A DNA stretch of 48,958 nucleotides from Bacteroidota bacterium (lineage in GTDB: Bacteria > Bacteroidota > Bacteroidia > AKYH767-A > OLB10). Made by a program: the position numbers and the translations under genes. Under the pieces are notes generated by a model. It saw nothing but the letters and a program-made list of their open reading frames with translations. It searched no databases and was not told where the DNA came from. Within the stretch, counting starts at the first letter, position 1; every line of letters starts with the position of its first letter. Location: contig JBJOER010000259.1 in NCBI GenBank assembly GCA_046049215.1, positions 1 to 48,958 on the forward strand. Reading direction: 5' to 3'. Below, piece by piece: positions 9,143 through 19,178 of the stretch.

Positions 9143-10993
9143 TCAATGCTTGAGGTCGTCAGCAGTATTGCTTTCCGGTGTCTCGGAGTAAGGAACAGTC
9201 TGGACAATATAGTCCTCTTTGGCACCTGGCTTTCCGTAATCATAGGGCCAGCGATGAACCTCAGGAAGGGCTCCGGGCCAGTTTCCATGCAGATGTTCTA
9301 CTGGTGCAGTCCACTCCAGCGTATTTGATTTCCAGGGGTTCTGAACCGCCTTCTTTCCTTTCCAGATACTGTAGAAGAAGTTGAAGGCGAAAATCAACTG
9401 TGCCAATCCTCCAACTATTGCAGCTATGGAAATGATGACGTTGATGTCAACGAACACGCCGAAGGCTTCATAGGCAGTATTGGAATAATACCTGCGCGGA
9501 ACACCACCAAGACCCAGGAAGTGCATGGGGAAGAACACACCATACACACCAATGATGGTGAACCAGAAGTGGATATACCCCAGTGTTTTGTTCATCATTC
9601 GTCCGTACATACGGGGGAACCAGTGATATACACCGGCGAACATCCCAAAAATGGCAGAGGAGCCCATTACGATGTGGAAGTGAGCTACGACGAAATACGT
9701 ATCGTGCACGTTGATATCGAGTGTTGAGTCACCCAATATGATTCCGGTCAAGCCTCCCGTAATGAAGGTGGAGACCAATCCCATCGCAAACATCATTTGC
9801 GGTGTGAACTGGATATTTCCTTTCCAGAGCGTAGTCAGGTAGTTGAAGACCTTCACCGCCGATGGAATAGCCACAAGCAGGGTGGTGAATACGAATACCG
9901 AACCCAGGAAAGGATTCATACCTGTAATGAACATGTGGTGCCCCCATACGATAAAGGACAAGAAAGCGATCACCAACATGGAGGCGACCATCGCCTTGTA
10001 ACCAAAGATCGGTTTGCGTGCATTCACGGAAATGACTTCCGAAGCGAGACCGAGGGCCGGCAAAAGAACGATATATACTTCAGGGTGACCCAGGAACCAG
10101 AACAAATGCTGATAAAGAACGGGGGAACCTCCGAGATAATCCAGGGGAGCACCATCGATGAAGATATCACTCAGGTAGAAACTTGTACCGAAACTACGGT
10201 CGAACACCAGCAGCAGGGCAGCAGCCAAAAGCACCGGGAAAGACAATACACCAAGGATAGCCGTAATGAAGAATGCCCAGATGGTCAGAGGAAGACGGGT
10301 CATCGTCATTCCTTTGGTACGCAGATTCAGTACGGTGGTGATGTAGTTGATACCGCCCAGGAGTGAGGATGCGATGAACAGCACCATGGAAACAAGCCAG
10401 AGGGTCATTCCCAAGCCCGAACCAGAAATGGCTTGAGGAAGCGCACTTAGCGGGGGATAAACCGTCCATCCACCGGAGGCAGGACCCGACTCGATGAAGA
10501 GCGAAGCACACATGACGATGGTTGAAGCAAAGAAGAACCAGTAGGACAACGCATTGAGGAAACCCGAGGCCATGTCGCGCGCCCCTACCTGCAAGGGAAT
10601 AAGTAGATTGGAGAAGGTACCCGAAAGGCCGCCGGTCAGCACGAAGAAGACCATGATGGTACCGTGCAGGGTGACCAGTGCGAGGTAGAATCCGGGGTCA
10701 AGTTTACCGTCCTTACCCCAGCGGCCGATGATGTCCTCGAGGAAGGGGAACTTGGTGTCGGGCCAGGCGAGTTGAAGACGGAAGATCAGCGACATACCCA
10801 TGGCGAGGAACGCCATGATGATTGCCGTGATCAGGAATTGCTTACTGATCATCTTGTGATCAGTCGTGAAGATGTACTTCGAGAAGAAGTTCCCTTCCTC
10901 GTGATCATGATCGTGATGATGATCGTGGTGATGGCCGTGGGCATGCTCTTCGTGCAAGTCCGCTACGCTACTCTGCTGCTGTTTCACTTCCAT
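9143..10993 (-). CDS. ctaD: cytochrome c oxidase subunit I (haem-copper oxidase, A-type)
   Basis: Motifs FTTDHKMISKQF, WFLGHPEVYIVLLP, GHHMFITGM and VAHFHIVM. 616 aa, with a His-rich N-terminal tail. Confidence 0.95.
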   Translation of the reverse strand: MEVKQQQSSVADLHEEHAHGHHHDHHHDHDHEEGNFFSKYIFTTDHKMISKQFLITAIIMAFLAMGMSLIFRLQLAWPDTKFPFLEDIIGRWGKDGKLDPGFYLALVTLHGTIMVFFVLTGGLSGTFSNLLIPLQVGARDMASGFLNALSYWFFFASTIVMCASLFIESGPASGGWTVYPPLSALPQAISGSGLGMTLWLVSMVLFIASSLLGGINYITTVLNLRTKGMTMTRLPLTIWAFFITAILGVLSFPVLLAAALLLVFDRSFGTSFYLSDIFIDGAPLDYLGGSPVLYQHLFWFLGHPEVYIVLLPALGLASEVISVNARKPIFGYKAMVASMLVIAFLSFIVWGHHMFITGMNPFLGSVFVFTTLLVAIPSAVKVFNYLTTLWKGNIQFTPQMMFAMGLVSTFITGGLTGIILGDSTLDINVHDTYFVVAHFHIVMGSSAIFGMFAGVYHWFPRMYGRMMNKTLGYIHFWFTIIGVYGVFFPMHFLGLGGVPRRYYSNTAYEAFGVFVDINVIISIAAIVGGLAQLIFAFNFFYSIWKGKKAVQNPWKSNTLEWTAPVEHLHGNWPGALPEVHRWPYDYGKPGAKEDYIVQTVPYSETPESNTADDLKH

Positions 10994-11052
10994 GGTTTGG
11001 TCTGTATTTTTTTGACTTTGTCAAATTAAGGAGAACGGTGATTCGAAGCAAA

Positions 11053-12069
11053 TCAGATGCTTGCCATCGGCTTGGCTGTCGTATCGGCGGGAGCCGCAGG
11101 AGCCGCCTTTTCGAACACCAGTTTTTCTCCACGCAGCCAGGCATCGTATTCCGACTTCTCGACCACGCGGACAGGCATTTTCATATTGTAATGGGCAACT
11201 CCACACACCTTGTTGCAGAGCATGATGTATTCGAATTTATCATTACCCGTGATCTCCTTCATTTTAGCGGTGGTGATCGTCGGTTTGAAGTGAAAACGGG
11301 TGGTCATTCCCGGAACAGCGTTCATCTGGGTACGGAAATGGGGCAGGTAGACCGAATGGATGACATCGCGCGAGTTCATCACCAGCTCGATCTCCTCGTT
11401 TACCGGCATCACCAGCTCCTTGGTAATCTTGTCATCCGAGGCAGCGGCATCGGTTGAGTCAACTCCAAGGGGATTATTGTCGGTAATACGCTTGAAATAA
11501 GAGGATCCCAACTGATTGTCCTTTCCAGAATAACGTGCAGTGAAGTCGAATTGTTTGGAGTAGATCTGGATTTTAATACCCCGATCGGCCAAGGCACGGT
11601 CGGTGATCTTATTCCATTCCAGCAAACCGTAAACGATCAGACCGGCAAGCACGATGGTAGGCACGATGGTCCAGATAGCTTCAAGCTTGTTATTGTCGTG
11701 GAAGTAGAAGGAACGACGGTTACGGTTGTAACGGTACTTGAATGCAAACCAGAACAGGAGGAACTGGGTAATAGCGAAGACGATAAACAGGACAGCCCAG
11801 TTGATGTTCATCAGCTTGTCAACTTCCACACCGTGTTCGGAAGCAGAAACAGGAAGGGTGAGCGGCATCCACTTTACGACGGAGTAACCGACGAGGAACA
11901 AGCCCACAAGCATAAACAGGAAAAAGCCGATGCTGTTCCATTTGTTCGACTTGTCTTGCTCGTCGTCTTCATTCTCACCGGACAGGTTTGATGCCAGCTG
12001 AGCGACGTTCGCTATTCGCACAAGTACCAGTACACCTAAAACGATCGCCAGGATTAACAAGAGATTCAT
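11053..12069 (-). CDS. ctaC: cytochrome c oxidase subunit II (CuA domain, no fused cytochrome c domain)
   Basis: Two N-terminal TM helices. CuA ligand pattern DVIHSVYLPHF ... CNKVCGVAHYNM. No CxxCH motif anywhere in the protein. Confidence 0.9.
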   Translation of the reverse strand: MNLLLILAIVLGVLVLVRIANVAQLASNLSGENEDDEQDKSNKWNSIGFFLFMLVGLFLVGYSVVKWMPLTLPVSASEHGVEVDKLMNINWAVLFIVFAITQFLLFWFAFKYRYNRNRRSFYFHDNNKLEAIWTIVPTIVLAGLIVYGLLEWNKITDRALADRGIKIQIYSKQFDFTARYSGKDNQLGSSYFKRITDNNPLGVDSTDAAASDDKITKELVMPVNEEIELVMNSRDVIHSVYLPHFRTQMNAVPGMTTRFHFKPTITTAKMKEITGNDKFEYIMLCNKVCGVAHYNMKMPVRVVEKSEYDAWLRGEKLVFEKAAPAAPADTTAKPMASI

Positions 12070-12114
12070 AGCTTCAGAGGAGTTTTGAAGGGAGTATGGT
12101 TGACTGAGTGATGA

Positions 12115-13383
12115 TTAAATGGCATGGTGCAAGCTTTCCTCCATCATGGGATGGTTCTTCACCACGAGAGGGGACTTGCTGAGATACAATTGAGTGATGT
12201 AGGCGAACAAGCCGAGGAAACCAATGGTGGTGCCGATTTCCATCCAGCCTATGCTACCGTAGATGGCCCCGTGTGCATGACCTGCAGCCTCCGCGCCGTG
12301 TGCAGCGACATGGTGTCCGATGGTCACCATGGAACCAGGAATGGTCATGATGTAGAAATCCATCCAGTGACCGATGAAGATGACAACAGACATGAACATC
12401 AACAGGTATTTCTTACGCTTGGCATCGCGGGTCATGAGGATAAGGAACGGAGCGATGAAGTTGATGAAGAAAGCGGCGAGCCAGATGCCACGGTAGTGGT
12501 CCTGACGCAACATGAAATAAGTCACCTCTTCCGGGATGTTAGAATACCAGATCAGCATGAACTGGGCGAACCAAAGGAAAGTCCAGAACACACTGAAAGC
12601 GAACATGAACTTTCCGATGTCATGCAAATGGTGTTCATTCACCTCTTGCAGGTAACCACGATGCTTCAGGTATGCGACAATAAAAGCGAGCGCGGCTATC
12701 GAGGTAACGAAGAGCCCCGCGAAAGTGTACCAGGCAAACAGCGTGCTGAACCAGTGGGTTTCGATGGACATGATGAAGTCCCACGACATGGTCGATTCGG
12801 TCACGGCGAACAGCACAAGGAACGCGGCGGCCATCTTACGGTTACGCAGATACGCGGTGGTTCCCTCGCCTGCGTCGATCTTCAATGAATTCGCACGGAA
12901 CAGGCGGGCGAAATACGACCAGATCACGAAATAAAGCACCACACGCACCCAGAAGAATGCAGGATTGAGGAAAGCACTCTTACCGGCGATGATCTTGTCG
13001 TAATTGGGCGAGTTGGGGTCTGTGATCCCCTCATCCATCCAGTGGTACAACGAATGACCACCGAACACCAGGATGAGGATCATGATCAATCCGGCAACCG
13101 GCAGACTCTGACCCATGGCTTCCAAGGGACGTTTGATGACTGCGCTCCACCCCACTTCGGCAACATACTGCACCGCCAGGAAAAACGTGGCACCAAGTCC
13201 GAGAGCCAGGAAAATAAAATTGTTCCACAACAGGTTGGCCCATGTCTGCTCGTGGTGGGTGGCGAACTGCGCGATGACGGATACCAATCCGACAGCAATC
13301 ATCCCCAACGCGACCATCTTGTTTCGCGAAGTGAACTCGTAAGGCTGCGTACTGGTGATTTCGATAGGTCCGTGGTGTCCCAT
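12115..13383 (-). CDS. actF: alternative complex III subunit ActF (NrfD/PsrC-like polytopic membrane subunit)
   Basis: 422-aa multi-TM protein at the conserved position after actE and before the oxidase genes. Paralogous in style to ActC. Confidence 0.75.
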   Translation of the reverse strand: MGHHGPIEITSTQPYEFTSRNKMVALGMIAVGLVSVIAQFATHHEQTWANLLWNNFIFLALGLGATFFLAVQYVAEVGWSAVIKRPLEAMGQSLPVAGLIMILILVFGGHSLYHWMDEGITDPNSPNYDKIIAGKSAFLNPAFFWVRVVLYFVIWSYFARLFRANSLKIDAGEGTTAYLRNRKMAAAFLVLFAVTESTMSWDFIMSIETHWFSTLFAWYTFAGLFVTSIAALAFIVAYLKHRGYLQEVNEHHLHDIGKFMFAFSVFWTFLWFAQFMLIWYSNIPEEVTYFMLRQDHYRGIWLAAFFINFIAPFLILMTRDAKRKKYLLMFMSVVIFIGHWMDFYIMTIPGSMVTIGHHVAAHGAEAAGHAHGAIYGSIGWMEIGTTIGFLGLFAYITQLYLSKSPLVVKNHPMMEESLHHAI

Positions 13384-13403
13384 ATGCTCTATTGACTGTT
13401 GTT

Positions 13404-14033
13404 TTATTTTACCATTACAGAATCAGTGGTGGCAGGCGTGGCCGCTACGGCGAGTTGACGCCCCTGAAGCTTGTTTACATGCATGACGATCTTCCAACGC
13501 TCCTCCGGATTGATCTGGCTGGCATGGGGGCCCATCAGGTTTATACCATAGGTGATGGTATGGAAAATCTTACCATCAGTGAGGTCTTTCATTGCACCAC
13601 CCCGGCTGGAGTTACCACCTGAATAACTGGGTGGAGGAGGGAATTTTCCGATCGCAACAAGGTTTCCGTCGCCCTGACCGCCCTCGCCGTGGCAATGCGT
13701 GCAGAAGATACCGTATAGGCGTTCCCCTTCGGCAATGTTCTCTGCTGTGACCGCCATAGGGTTGCGGACGTCACGACCTGCGGCCTCATAGCCTTCGGTG
13801 GTACCGGGATACTCGAAGAATGTGTATCCGCGTGGTATGGTACCCTGAACCGGAGCCTGCATCGTAAGGCTATCGTTGAAATTCGGATTGGACGAGTAGA
13901 CTTCGTATGAGGGGGAACGGTACATGTCGGGCATGAACTCCAATCCCGGATCCTTCGGATCTTTTCCGCAGGAGGTCAACAACATCATCCCGATGCCGGC
14001 CAGTGCTGAAAGGAACGAAACGGTTTTTTTCAT
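13404..14033 (-). CDS. actE: alternative complex III subunit ActE, monohaem cytochrome c lipoprotein
   Basis: The ATG at 14033 gives MKKTVSFLSALAGIGMMLLTSCGK (lipobox). Single CTHCH haem site. The ORF-track start at 14123 adds a non-signal leader that overlaps actD. Confidence 0.8.
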   Translation of the reverse strand: MKKTVSFLSALAGIGMMLLTSCGKDPKDPGLEFMPDMYRSPSYEVYSSNPNFNDSLTMQAPVQGTIPRGYTFFEYPGTTEGYEAAGRDVRNPMAVTAENIAEGERLYGIFCTHCHGEGGQGDGNLVAIGKFPPPPSYSGGNSSRGGAMKDLTDGKIFHTITYGINLMGPHASQINPEERWKIVMHVNKLQGRQLAVAATPATTDSVMVK

Positions 14034-14052
14034 GGTGAAGGTGGTGGCTCGA

Positions 14053-14580
14053 TTATTTTTTGGTTTCAACCGCTCCGGCGGCACGCAACTGGTTTTCAAC
14101 TTCCGCAACTTCGGAATCGTCATTGACCTGAACAGCCATCACGAAGTGATCATCGGCCATGCGGGGATGAATTACCTGAGGCTCCACTCCGGGCAGTAAT
14201 TTGCTACGGAGGAAGAAGGTGATCACCATACCGTGTGCGGCGCAAAGGACGGTGCTTTCGAAGGTAACGGGTATGAATGCGGGCAAGTTCTTGTAAAAGG
14301 CATAGCTGGGCTTTCCACCGATATCCATTGGCCAGTCGAAGATGTTCATGTAATACATCATCAACAGAGCCAGGCTGCATCCTGTCATTCCATATAGGAA
14401 ACAGGTGATGGAGATACGGGTTCTTTCAAGGCCCAGTGCGTGGTCCAGACCGTGGATGGGGAAAGGAGAAATCACATCCTTCACGCGCAAACCTTTTTTG
14501 CGCAGGACGGGGATGGCGTTCATCACCACCTCGTCGTCGTTGAAGATGCCGTAAACGAATTTCTTGGGTTGGGCGCTCAT
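14053..14580 (-). CDS. actD: alternative complex III subunit ActD (DUF3341-type membrane subunit)
   Basis: The ATG at 14580 (MSAQPKKFVYGIFNDDEVVMNAIPVLRKKG...) lies 14 nt after the actC stop. The longer ORF to 14832 would overlap actC by about 240 nt. Confidence 0.75.
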   Translation of the reverse strand: MSAQPKKFVYGIFNDDEVVMNAIPVLRKKGLRVKDVISPFPIHGLDHALGLERTRISITCFLYGMTGCSLALLMMYYMNIFDWPMDIGGKPSYAFYKNLPAFIPVTFESTVLCAAHGMVITFFLRSKLLPGVEPQVIHPRMADDHFVMAVQVNDDSEVAEVENQLRAAGAVETKK

Positions 14581-14594
14581 GCGTGAATTTCGAT

Positions 14595-15974
14595 TTAGTG
14601 ACTGGATTGTTTCTTCTTGTACCCTTCGGAGGAGGACTTGATAATGGTTTTCAGCTCGCTCATGGCGATCACCGGGAAGACTCGGACGAAGATGAGGAAG
14701 CAGGTGAAGAACAGTCCGAGTGAACCGATAAAGATCCCGGCTTCGACCCAGGTTGGCGAGTACATCGTCCAGCTGGAGGGAAGGTAATCGCGGTGAAGCG
14801 AAGTGACGATGATCACAAAGCGCTCGAACCACATGCCGATGTTGACGAAGATGGAAATGATGAAGGTGGCGAATACGCTTTCACGCAGGCTCTTGGACCA
14901 AAACAACTGGGGCGTGATCACGTTGCAGGTCATCATGCTCCAGTAGGCCCACCAGTACGGACCGGTCGCACGATTGATAAAGGCATACTGCTCATATTCC
15001 ACTCCGGAGTACCAGGCAATGAAGAATTCAGTCAGGTAGGCAACACCTACGATCGAACCGGTGATGAGGATGATCCGGTTCATCATGTCGATGTGGTAGA
15101 TGGTGATGTAGTCTTCGAGGTTCAGCACCTTGCGCACGATGATCAACAAAGTCTGCACCATGGCGAATCCGGAGAAGATAGCACCCGCGACGAAGTAAGG
15201 AGGGAAGATGGTGGTGTGCCATCCCGGGATGACCGAGGTGGCGAAGTCCATCGATACCACCGAGTGTACTGAAAGTACCAGCGGGGTAGAAAGTCCGGCG
15301 AGAACCAGTGAAACCTCCTCGAACCGCTGCCAGTTCTTGGCTGTACCCACCCATCCGAAACTCAGGATGGTGTAGATACGCTTGCGCCATTTGGTGTTGG
15401 CACGGTCACGGATAACCGCAAAATCAGGAATAAGGCCCGAGTACCAGAATACCAAAGAGACGGAGAAGTAGGTCGAGATGGCGAAAACGTCCCAAACCAA
15501 CGGGGAGTTAAAGTTCACCCACAACGAACCGAACTGGTTCGGAAGTGGGAGAGGCCAGTAGGCCACCCAGGGACGTCCCATGTGGGAGACGATGAAGCTC
15601 GCAGCGCAGATTACCGCGAAAATCGTCATGGCTTCTGCTGAACGGTTGATCGAAAGGCGCCATTTCTGACGAAACAACAACAGAATCGCGGAAATAAGCG
15701 TACCTGCGTGACCGATACCGACCCACCATACGAAGTTGGTGATGTCCCATGCCCAACCTACAGTTTTGTTCAGACCCCACACACCCAGACCAGTTCCGAC
15801 GGTGTATGAAACGGCGACGATCCACCAAAGTAGTGCGGCGAGTGCGACCGAGAAGGCGAGCCACCACCATTTGTTGGCTTTGGATTCAACCGGCCTGCAG
15901 ACATCTTCAGTAATGTCGTGCCAGGTCTTGTCCCCAAGGATCAGCGGCGGGCGAAGTTCCGATTCTTTATGCAT
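14595..15974 (-). CDS. actC: alternative complex III subunit ActC (NrfD/PsrC-like quinol-interacting membrane subunit)
   Basis: 459-aa polytopic membrane protein immediately downstream of actB. W/F-rich TM helices typical of the NrfD family. Confidence 0.85.
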   Translation of the reverse strand: MHKESELRPPLILGDKTWHDITEDVCRPVESKANKWWWLAFSVALAALLWWIVAVSYTVGTGLGVWGLNKTVGWAWDITNFVWWVGIGHAGTLISAILLLFRQKWRLSINRSAEAMTIFAVICAASFIVSHMGRPWVAYWPLPLPNQFGSLWVNFNSPLVWDVFAISTYFSVSLVFWYSGLIPDFAVIRDRANTKWRKRIYTILSFGWVGTAKNWQRFEEVSLVLAGLSTPLVLSVHSVVSMDFATSVIPGWHTTIFPPYFVAGAIFSGFAMVQTLLIIVRKVLNLEDYITIYHIDMMNRIILITGSIVGVAYLTEFFIAWYSGVEYEQYAFINRATGPYWWAYWSMMTCNVITPQLFWSKSLRESVFATFIISIFVNIGMWFERFVIIVTSLHRDYLPSSWTMYSPTWVEAGIFIGSLGLFFTCFLIFVRVFPVIAMSELKTIIKSSSEGYKKKQSSH

Positions 15975-16021
15975 AGGAAACGAGTGATAGGCTGGGTTGG
16001 TTATTGCTTCGTTGGGAATGT

Positions 16022-19000
16022 TCAGGAATGTTTCTCACCGGTGGACTCACGGTTCCACACCTTGGTTTGATAGAATACGGATGGCTTGGTCTTGATGGTA
16101 GCCAACAGGTGGTAACTACGCTCATCCTTGAAGAGATTGCTCAGTTCGCTTGACGAGTCATTGAAATCACCGAATACGATGGCATGGGTCGGACAGGCTT
16201 GTGAGCAGGCGGTCTTGATCTCACCATCTTTCGGACGGCGACCTGCCTTCTTCGCTTCAAGACGTCCGTACTGGATACGCTGTACGCACATCGAGCACTT
16301 CTCCATGACACCGCGTGAACGGACAGTCACATCGGGATTGAGTACCATCTTACCGAGGTTGTCGGTCATGTTGTAGGGAAACTGCTCGTTGTCGCTGTAC
16401 TTGAACCAGTTGTAACGACGAACCTTGTATGGGCAGTTGTTGGCGCAATACCTCGTACCTACACAACGGTTATAGGCCATCATGTTGAGGCCATCGGAGC
16501 TATGGGTGGTTGCTGCGACCGGGCATACCGTTTCGCACGGGGCTTGATTACAGTGCTGACACATGACCGGCTGGAACATCACCTGCGGATTATCGGCGGC
16601 AGGAATTTCCATTTCACCATACATGTCGAGTTTACCAAGTCCTTTTTCCTCGGCATTCTCCTTGGTGGTATCGCTGGTATAATAACGGTCGATACGAATC
16701 CAGTGCATCTCACGTGCGCGGCCGATCTCATCCTTGCCGACAACAGGTACGTTATTCTCTGCACTGCAAGCTACCACACAGGCTCCGCAACCGATGCAAC
16801 TGTTGAGGTCGATTCCAAGACCCCATGCATGGTTCGGACGCTCAAAGCCGGGCGCCTTTTCTGTCGCCCATAGATCCAACTCCTCGGGAGTCTTGGGACC
16901 GTCCGGAGATGCGATCAATTCAGGGTGATTGCCTGACTTGGGATCTTTCAGCCACGCCGCGAGTGTGGTTTCCTTTACGATCTCCCTTCCCATCATGGTG
17001 TGGTGGGTCTGGGTGGTTGCGATCTTATGATCGTCGTCAACGGTCTTATTCGTGTTCACTCCGGTCGCGTAGTAACGCATTCCACCGTCTGCGATGCTGA
17101 CAAAGGGAAATGCATTGAAACCGACCTTTTCACCGGCCTTGCCGCACTTTGTCCTGCCGTAACCGACTGCCGCAGCAATGGTCTCATCGGCCATGGCGGG
17201 TTGATGCAGTACCGGACCTTTCACATTCACGTTGCCGACCTTCACTTCGATCACATTGCCCTGACGCCATCCCATCTTGTCTGCATAAGAGGGCAATACT
17301 GCAAAGTAATTGTCCCAGCATACTTTGGTAATCGGGTCAGGAAGTTCTTGTAACCAGGGATTGTTGGCCTGATTTCCGTTCGCGATTCCGGTCTTTTCGT
17401 AAACGATGAGTTCAAGCCCGGCTGCCGGCTTTTGCAACTTCGATGCAGCAGCGTTCAAATCGGCAGAAAATGAAACGGCACCACCCATGAAAAATCCGGC
17501 CTCGAACACGCCGTCTCGCAGAGACTGGTTCCAGAAGGCATCGAAACTGCTGATACCCTTTTGCTGACCGTACATGGCAGAACGCCAATGATCGCGCAGG
17601 TAGGTGTAATAGTCCGGTTGAGTGGCACCTGCCCAGCGGGCAATGCTTTCAGCGGCCTGACGTGTATCGAACAAAGGACGAATGGTAGGCTGTTGCAAAC
17701 TGAAATGCCCTTTGTAAGGCTCAGCATCTCCCCATGATTCGAGATAATGATGATCCGGACAGACATAATCACAAAGGGCGGCCGACTCGTCTTCGCGGTC
17801 TGAGAGAGATACCTTCAATGCCACTTTGGAAAGTAGCTCTTTGAACCCGGCAGCGGCGGGCATGGAATACACCGGATTCGAGTTCCAAAGGATTACGGCT
17901 CCGACCTTTCCATCGCGCATGTCGCTGAGCAATTTTACAACTGAGGCGTCGTCGCTGGATTTCAACAGACAAGCACGCTCCAGGTCGATCGTTGCACCGT
18001 AGTTGCCCAGCAGGTGATTGATGGCATTCACCATCACCTGTTCGTTGGAATCGTTGGAGCCGCTCACTACGAGGGATTTACCCTTGGCAGCAACAAGCTG
18101 ATCGGCTACGGTGTCCAATTTCTTATCGAAAGGTGTTGCAGCAGCTTGTACGGAGGAAGCTCCGAGCCTCGAAGCCACCTTATTGTACAAAGATGCTACG
18201 ACGGCGGATTGTTGGCTGGGCTTGATCTTGTGACGCTCATCGGCATTGGCACCGGAAAGCGAAAGCATAGCCTCGAATTGATGGTGCTTGGAAAGCGTAC
18301 GCTTACCGTTGCGCAGTTTTCGGGTTTCACCATATTGCCTGGTGAACTCGATCGGTGAAAGCCAGTTGGCCAAAAAGTCAGCATTGAAGCTGACGATGAC
18401 TTCGGCTTTATCAAAATGATAAGTGGGAATCGCTGAACGACCGAAAGAAAGTTGATTGCCACGGATGAGGCCCGAGTAGGATACGGGGTCGTAAACTACA
18501 TGCGTTGCAGTTGGATACTTGGCAATAAGATCGGCTAAAGCTTTCTTGGCGGTAGGACTCACCAAAGAAGAAGAGATCACAGCGATCTGCTTTCCTGCGG
18601 CGGCCTGTGCCTGGAGTCCTGCGGTGATTTTGGAATCGACCGTATTCCAGTCACTGGTTTTGCCACCTGCTGATGGCTGGCGAAGACGTGCACTATCGTA
18701 AAGACTGAGTACGGAAGCCTGAACACGAGCGTTGGTGGCGCCTTTGGTTATACCTGAAAGATCGTTCCCTTCGATCTTGATCGGACGTCCTTCACGGGTT
18801 TTGACGAGTACACTGCAATAATCGTTTCCATCGGCAAAAGTGGATGCGTAGTAATTCGGCACGCCAAGGGTGATTTCCTCCGGCTTAACGACGTAAGGAA
18901 TTGCCTTCTTTACCGGAGCTTCGCAAGCGGCAAGAGAGGCAGCCGCCACACTAAAGCCTAAAAACTTCAGGAAATCCCTGCGGGAGGTGGAATCACCGGA

Positions 19001-19123
19001 GTCGGCTTTTTTTCCAAGCGCCTCGTCCAGGGGCAAATGCTCGAAGAACTCATTGTCGCGCAACCGCGCGAATTCGGGATCATTGTTGAGCTCTTCAACA
19101 CCTTTCCAATAACGTTTCTCCAT
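16022..19123 (-). CDS. actB: alternative complex III subunit ActB (Tat-exported molybdopterin-oxidoreductase-like domain fused to an Fe-S ferredoxin domain)
   Basis: Twin-arginine signal SRRDFLKFLGFSVAAASLAA. C-terminal Cys clusters CIGCGACVVAC, CQHCNQAPCETVCP, CVGTRYCANNCP and CSMCVQRI...CSQACP. 1033 aa. Confidence 0.9.
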   Translation of the reverse strand: MEKRYWKGVEELNNDPEFARLRDNEFFEHLPLDEALGKKADSGDSTSRRDFLKFLGFSVAAASLAACEAPVKKAIPYVVKPEEITLGVPNYYASTFADGNDYCSVLVKTREGRPIKIEGNDLSGITKGATNARVQASVLSLYDSARLRQPSAGGKTSDWNTVDSKITAGLQAQAAAGKQIAVISSSLVSPTAKKALADLIAKYPTATHVVYDPVSYSGLIRGNQLSFGRSAIPTYHFDKAEVIVSFNADFLANWLSPIEFTRQYGETRKLRNGKRTLSKHHQFEAMLSLSGANADERHKIKPSQQSAVVASLYNKVASRLGASSVQAAATPFDKKLDTVADQLVAAKGKSLVVSGSNDSNEQVMVNAINHLLGNYGATIDLERACLLKSSDDASVVKLLSDMRDGKVGAVILWNSNPVYSMPAAAGFKELLSKVALKVSLSDREDESAALCDYVCPDHHYLESWGDAEPYKGHFSLQQPTIRPLFDTRQAAESIARWAGATQPDYYTYLRDHWRSAMYGQQKGISSFDAFWNQSLRDGVFEAGFFMGGAVSFSADLNAAASKLQKPAAGLELIVYEKTGIANGNQANNPWLQELPDPITKVCWDNYFAVLPSYADKMGWRQGNVIEVKVGNVNVKGPVLHQPAMADETIAAAVGYGRTKCGKAGEKVGFNAFPFVSIADGGMRYYATGVNTNKTVDDDHKIATTQTHHTMMGREIVKETTLAAWLKDPKSGNHPELIASPDGPKTPEELDLWATEKAPGFERPNHAWGLGIDLNSCIGCGACVVACSAENNVPVVGKDEIGRAREMHWIRIDRYYTSDTTKENAEEKGLGKLDMYGEMEIPAADNPQVMFQPVMCQHCNQAPCETVCPVAATTHSSDGLNMMAYNRCVGTRYCANNCPYKVRRYNWFKYSDNEQFPYNMTDNLGKMVLNPDVTVRSRGVMEKCSMCVQRIQYGRLEAKKAGRRPKDGEIKTACSQACPTHAIVFGDFNDSSSELSNLFKDERSYHLLATIKTKPSVFYQTKVWNRESTGEKHS

Positions 19124-19178
19124 AACGGTCTGGGTGATTATACCGGTTTTTGTAATTGGGTCCTTTCAGATTCAGTAA

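Noticed and set aside
11182-11217. The CuA motif in CtaC reads C-N-K-V-C-G-V-A-H-Y-N-M, with Lys where A-type oxidases usually have Glu (CSELCG).
   Set aside because: That position contributes a backbone carbonyl to CuA and is variable. For example, as I recall, it is Gln in the Thermus ba3 oxidase. All Cys/His/Met ligands are present, so there is not enough evidence to call it abnormal.
14581-14832. An N-terminal 84-aa extension of the actD ORF that overlaps actC. Similar extensions occur at 14034-14123 (actE), 39740-40033 (rimP), 3225-3332 (aminotransferase) and 1830-1862 (guanylyltransferase).
   Set aside because: The extensions overlap neighbouring genes or divergent promoters and have Arg/Cys/His-rich non-protein-like composition. 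Several begin at non-ATG codons. Internal ATGs give canonical N-termini: a lipoprotein signal for ActE and conserved starts for RimP and ActD.
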